Source: Azolla caroliniana (lineage: Eukaryota > Plantae > Polypodiophyta). Taken from it: DNA of 64,000 nucleotides. The translations under genes and the position numbers were made by a program. The stretch spans positions 186,001 through 250,000 of the forward strand of contig JBHGNT010000025.1 of NCBI GenBank assembly GCA_043228905.1, written 5' to 3'. The notes beneath the pieces are model-generated. The model saw nothing but the letters and a program-made list of their open reading frames with translations, ran no database searches and was not told the DNA's origin. This document shows, piece after piece, positions 58,572-64,000 of this stretch. Every line of letters begins with the position of its first letter. Position 1 is the first letter of the stretch.

Positions 58572-61500
58572 GAATCGAAGCTAACAACGCTAGCTATGAC
58601 ATGGTATTAAAAAATCAAGATTTTCAAAGTCAGGTCGAGAGACATGACGAAATTACCTAATTTGAGGAGTGAGTTGAGACGACCTAGTAGGTAATTTAAA
58701 ATGTTCATACCTGGCTCGTGTGATATCGGATTTTTGTGTTCAAACATGCGAATCAAGCTAACAATGCTAGCTATTATATGGAACTAAAAAATCAAGATTT
58801 TGAAACTCAGGTCGAGAGATATGAAGAAATTAGCAATCTTGAGGAGGGAGTTGAGAGGAGCCCTTGAGTACATTAAAATGTTCATACCTGGCACGTGTGA
58901 TATCGGATTTTTGTGTTCAAACATGCGAATCAAAGCTAACAATGCTAGCTATTATATGGAACTAAAAAATCAAGATTTTGAAACTCAGGTCGAGAGATAT
59001 GAAGAAATTAGCAATCTTGAGGAGGGAGTTGAGAGGAGCACTTGAGTATATTAAAATGTTTATACCTGGCTCGTGTGATATCGGATTTTTGTGTTCAAAC
59101 ATGCGAATCGAAGCTAACAACGCTAGCTATGACATGTTATTAAAAAATCAAGATTTTGAAACTCAGGTCGAGAAATATGAAGAAATTAGCAATCTTGAGG
59201 AGTGAGTTGAGAGGAGCACTTGAGTATATTAAAATGTTTATACCTGGCTCGTGTGATATCGGATTTTTGTGTTCAAACATGCGAATCGAAGCTAACAATT
59301 CTAGCTATTATATGGAACTAAAAAATCAAGATTTTAAAACTCAGGTCGAGAGATATGAAGAAATTAGCAATCTTGAGGAGGGAGTTGAGAGGAGCCCTTG
59401 AGTACATTAAAATGTTCATACCTGGCGCGTGTGATATCGGATTTTTGTGTTCAAACATGCGAATCGAAGCTAACAACACTAGCTATTCTATGGAACTAAA
59501 AAATCAAGATTTTGAAACTCAGGTCGAGAGATATGAAGAAATTAGCAATCTTGACGAGGGAGTTGAGAGGAGCCCTTGAGTACATTAAAATGTTCATACC
59601 CGGCGCGTGTGATATCGGATTTTTGTGTTCAAACATGCGAATCGAAGCTAACAACGGTAGCTATTATATGGAACTAAAAAATCAAGATTTTGAAACTCAG
59701 GTCGAGAGATATGAAGAAATTAGCAATCTTGAGGAGGGAGTTGAGAGGAGCCCTTGAGTACATTATTATGTTCATACCTGGCGCGTGTGATATCGGATTT
59801 TTGTGTTCAAACATGCGAATCGAAGCTCACAACGCTAGCTATTCTATGGAACTAAAAAATCAAGATTTTGAAACTCAGGTCGAGAGATATGAAGAAATTA
59901 GCAATCTTGAGGAGGGAGTTGAGAGGAGCCCTTGAGTAAATTAAAATGTTCATACCTGGCTCGTGTGATATCGGATTTTTGTGTTCAAACATGCGAATCG
60001 AAGCTCACAACGCTAGCTATGATATGGTATTAAAAAATCATGATTTTGAAATTGAGGTCGAGAGACATGAAGAAATTAGCAATCTTGAGGAGGGAGTTGA
60101 GAGGAGCCCTTGAGTAAATTAAAATGTTCATACCTGGCTCGTGTGATATCGGATTTTTGTGTTCAAACATGTGAATCGCAGCTAACAACGCTAGCTATGA
60201 CATGGTATTAAGAAATCAAGATTTTGAAACTCAGGTCGAGAGACATGACGAAATTACCTAATTTGAGGAGGGAGTTGAGACGACCTAGTAGGTAAATTAA
60301 AATGTTCATACCTGGCTCGTGTGATATCGGATTTTTGTGTTCAAACATGCGAATCAAAGCTAACAACGCTAGCTATGATATGGAACTAAAAAATCAAGAT
60401 TTTGAAACTCAGGTCGAGAGACATGACGAAATTACCAAATTGGAGGAGGGAGTTGAGAGGAGCCCTTGAGTATATTAAAATGTTCATACCTGGCGCGTGT
60501 GATATCGGATTTTTGTGTTCAAACATGCGAATCGAAGCTAACAATGCTAGCTATTATATGGACCTAAAAAATCAAGATTTTGAAACTCAGGTCGAGAAAT
60601 ATGAAGAAATTAGCAATCTTGAGGAGGGAGTTGAGAGGAGCACTTGAGTATATTAAAATGTTTATACCTGGCTCGTGTGATATCGGATTTTTGTGTTCAA
60701 ACATGCGAATCGAAGCTAACAATTCTAGCTATTATATGGAACTAAAAAATCAAGATTTTGAAACTCAGGTCGAGAGATATGAAGAAATTAGCAATCTTGA
60801 GGAGGGAGTTGAGAGGAGCCCTTGAGTACATTAAAATGTTCATACCTGGCGCGTGTGATATCGGATTTTTGTGTTCAAACATGCGAATCGAAGCTAACAA
60901 TGCTAGCTATTATATGGAACTAAAAAATCAAGATTTTGAAACTCAGGTCGAGAGATATGAAGAAATTAGCAATCTTGAGGAGGGAGTTGAGAGGAGCCCT
61001 TGAGGACATTAAAATGTTCATACCTGGCGCGTGTAATATCGGATTTTTGTGTTCAAACATGCGAATCGAAGCTAACAACGCTAGCTATGATATGGTATTA
61101 AAAAATCAAGATTTTGAAATTGAGGTCGAGAGACATGAAGAAATTAGCAATCTTGAGGAGGGAGTTGAGAGGAGCCCTTGAGTACATTAAAATGTTCATA
61201 CCTGGCGCGTGTGATATCGGATTTTTGTGTTCAAACATGCGAATCGAAGCTCACAACGCTAGCTTTGATATGGTATTAAAAAATCATGATTTTGAAACTC
61301 AGGTCAAGAGACATGAAGAAATTAGCAATCTTGAGGAGGGAGTTGAGAGGAGCCCTTGAGTACATTAAAATGTTCATACCTGGCGCGTGTGATATCGGAT
61401 TTTTGTGTTCAAACATGCGAATCGAAGCTAATCACGCTAGCTATGACATGTTATTAAAAAATCAAGATTTTGAAACTCAGGTCGAGAGACATGACGAAAT

Positions 61501-61740
61501 TACCTAATTTGAGGACTGAGTTGAGACGACCTAGTAGGTAAATTAAAATGTTCATACCTGGCTCGTGTGATATCGGATTTTTGTGTTCAAACATGCGAAT
61601 CAAGCTAACAACGCTAGCTATTATATGGAACTAAAAAATCATGATTTTGAAATTGAGGTCGAGAGACATGAAGAAATTAGCAATCTTGAGGAGGGAGTTG
61701 AGAGGAGCCCTTGAGTACATTAAAATGTTCATACCTGGCG

Positions 61741-61806
61741 CGTGTGATATCGGATTTTTGTGTTCAAACATGCCGTGTGATATCGGATTTTTGTATTAAA
61801 ACATGC
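61741..61806. repeat. 33-bp intra-monomer tandem duplication (copy 2)
   Basis: Identical to 58506-58571, offset 3235. Confidence 0.97.
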
Positions 61807-64000
61807 GAATCGAAGCTAACAACGCTAGCTATGACATGGTATTAAAAAATCAAGATTTTCAAAGTCAGGTCGAGAGACATGACGAAATTACCTAATTTGA
61901 GGAGTGAGTTGAGACGACCTAGTAGGTAAATTAAAATGTTCATACCTGGCTCGTGTGATATCGGATTTTTGTGTTCAAACATGCGAATCAAGCTAACAAT
62001 GCTAGCTATTATATGGAACTAAAAAATCAAGATTTTGAAACTCAGGTCGAGAGATATGAAGAAATTAGCAATCTTGAGGAGGGAGTTGAGAGGAGCCCTT
62101 GAGTACATTAAAATGTTCATACCTGGCACGTGTGATATCGGATTTTTGTGTTCAAACATGCGAATCGAAGCTAACAACACTAGCTATTCTATGGAACTAA
62201 AAAATCAAGATTTTGAAACTCAGGTCGAGAGATATGAAGAAATTAGCAATCTTGAGGAGGGAGTTGAGAGGAGCCCTTGAGTAAATTAAAATGTTCATAC
62301 CTGGCTCGTGTGATATCAGATTTTTGTGTTCAAACATGCGAATCGAAGCTAACAACGCTAGCTATGACATGTTATTAAAAAATCAAGATTTTGAAACTCA
62401 GGTCGAGAAATATGAAGAAATTAGCAATCTTGAGGAGTGAGTTGAGAGGAGCACTTGAGTATATTAAAATGTTTATACCTGGCTCGTGTGATATCGGATT
62501 TTTGTGTTCAAACATGCGAATCGAAGCTAACAATTCTAGCTATTATATGGAACTAAAAAATCAAGATTTTAAAACTCAGGTCGAGAGATATGAAGAAATT
62601 AGCAATCTTGAGGAGGGAGTTGAGAGGAGCCCTTGAGTACATTAAAATGTTCATACCTGGCGCGTGTGATATCGGATTTTTGTGTTCAAACATGCGAATC
62701 GAAGCTAACAACACTACCTATTCTATGGAACTAAAAAATCAAGATTTTGAAACTCAGGTCGAGAGATATGAAGAAATTAGCAATCTTGACGAGGGAGTTG
62801 AGAGGAGCCCTTGAGTACATTAAAATGTTCATACCTGGCGCGTGTGATATCGGATTTTTGTGTTCAAACATGCGAATCGAAGCTAACAACGCTAGCTATT
62901 ATATGGAACTAAAAAATCAAGATTTTGAAACTCAGGTCGAGAGATATGAAGAAATTAGCAATCTTGAGGAGGGAGTTGGGAGGAGCCCTTGAGTAAATTA
63001 AAATGTTCATACCTGGCTCGTGTGATATCGGATTTTTGTGTTCAAACATGCGAATCGAAGCTCACAACGCTAGCTATGATATGGTATTAAAAAATCATGA
63101 TTTTGAAATTGAGGTCGAGAGACATGAAGAAATTAGCAATCTTGAGGAGGAAGTTGAAAGGAGCCCTTCAGTAAATTAAAATGTTCATACCTGGCTCGTG
63201 TGATATCGGATTTTTGTGTTCAAACATGTGAATCGCAGCTAACAACGCTAGCTATTATATGGAACTAAAAAATCAAGATTTTGAAACTCAGGTCGAGAGA
63301 TATGAAGAAATTAGCAATCTTGAGGAGGGAGTTGAGAGGAGCCCTTGAGTACATTAAAATGTTCATACCTGGCGCGTGTGATATCGGATTTTTGTGTTCA
63401 AACATGCGAATCGAAGCTAACAATGCTAGCTATTATATGGAACTAAAAAATCAAGATTTTGAAACTCAGGTCGAGAGATATGAAGAAATTAGCAATCTTG
63501 AGGAGGGAGTTGAGAGGAGCCCTTGAGTACATTAAAATGTTCATACCTGGCGCGTGTAATATCGGATTTTTGTGTTCAAACATGCGAATCGAAGCTAACA
63601 ACGCTAGCTATGATATGGTATTAAAAAATCATGATTTTGAAATTGAGGTCGAGAGACATGAAGAAATTAGCAATCTTGAGGAGGGAGTTGAGAGGAGCCC
63701 TTGAGTACATTAAAATGTTCATACCTGGCGCGTGTGATATCGGATTTTTGTGTTCAAACATGCGAATCGAAGCTCACAACGCTAGCTATGATATGGTATT
63801 AAAAAATCATGATTTTGAAACTCAGGTCGAGAGACATGAAGAAATTAGCAATCTTGAGGAGGGAGTTGAGAGGAGCCCTTGAGTACATTAAAATGTTCAT
63901 ACCTGGCGCGTGTGATATCGGATTTTTGTGTTCAAACATGCGAATCGAAGCTCACAACGCTAGCTATGATATGGTATTAAAAAATCATGATTTTGAAATT

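Larger units (their letters stand above)
57261..62975. repeat. 18-monomer (3235 bp) imperfect duplication carrying a 211-bp expanded monomer
   Basis: Offsets 57345/60580, 57701/60936, 58051/61286, 59156/62391, 59512/62747; 3235 = 18x178 + 33 - 2. Confidence 0.9.
1..64000. repeat. 178-bp tandem satellite array (~360 monomers, single orientation), probably centromeric or pericentromeric; continues beyond both window edges
   Basis: The same motif recurs every 178 bp (e.g. TTGAAACTCAGG at 87, 265, 443, 621), or every 177 bp where GAATCGAAGCT becomes GAATCAAGCT (621->798). No unique sequence was seen. The centromeric role is inferred only from monomer length and HOR structure. Confidence 0.99.

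Noticed and set aside
87-63882. Numerous short ORFs (71-86 aa, 'MKLRSRDMKK...') as a tandem gene family or diversified peptide cassette
   Set aside because: They are translations of the satellite. Most start at TTG, adjacent ORFs overlap in shifted frames because 178 is not a multiple of 3, stop-creating and frameshifting variants are common, and there is no recognisable domain or intergenic structure.
1-64000. CRISPR array, integron cassette array or antigenic-variation cassette system
   Set aside because: There are no unique spacers or cassettes. The variable parts are homologous alleles differing by point changes, and no cas, integrase or recombinase gene is present.
1-64000. Identification as Arabidopsis CEN178 or primate alpha satellite
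   Set aside because: Only the length or organisation is similar. I recognise none of their sequence motifs, so a database search is needed to name the family.
1-64000. 5S rRNA, tRNA, snRNA or spliced-leader tandem gene array
   Set aside because: No recognisable 5S, tRNA cloverleaf or spliced-leader sequence and no convincing Pol III A/B/C boxes were seen. An Rfam/Infernal scan would be the formal test.
1-64000. Transposon insertion, inversion or telomeric repeat within the array
   Set aside because: Monomer phase is continuous throughout and accounted for by 178/177-bp steps plus the -6 and +33 events. No foreign or reverse-oriented sequence was seen.

Overview
The whole 64 kb window is one uninterrupted head-to-tail satellite array of about 360 copies of a 178-bp monomer, with a frequent 177-bp variant. 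The hand-counted consensus is about 38% GC and the + strand is G-rich. Consensus, from position 87: TTGAAACTCAGGTCGAGAGATATGAAGAAATTAGCAATCTTGAGGAGGGAGTTGAGAGGAGCCCTTGAGTACATTAAAATGTTCATACCTGGCGCGTGTGATATCGGATTTTTGTGTTCAAACATGCGAATCGAAGCTAACAAYGCTAGCTATTATATGGAACTAAAAAATCAAGATT. I saw no genes, RNA genes, transposon insertions, inversions or CRISPR spacers, and the listed ORFs are artefacts of the repeat. Monomer length, homogeneity and organisation fit a eukaryotic (peri)centromeric satellite, but I do not recognise the family or the organism. The information lies in the order of monomer variants: a 6-mer (1067 bp) ground higher-order repeat (HOR), local 2-mer (355/356 bp) and 4-mer (711/712 bp) runs, and nested tandem duplications of 11, 12, 18, 23, 23, 30 and 30 monomers. 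Other notable points are a biallelic hypervariable half-monomer with recombinant intermediates, a ~20 kb expanded inner domain bracketed by direct repeats, and a more diverged right end carrying the only large indels. I found no evidence for a new protein-coding system. Block boundaries were read by eye from diagnostic variants and ORF-track offsets, so they are approximate.
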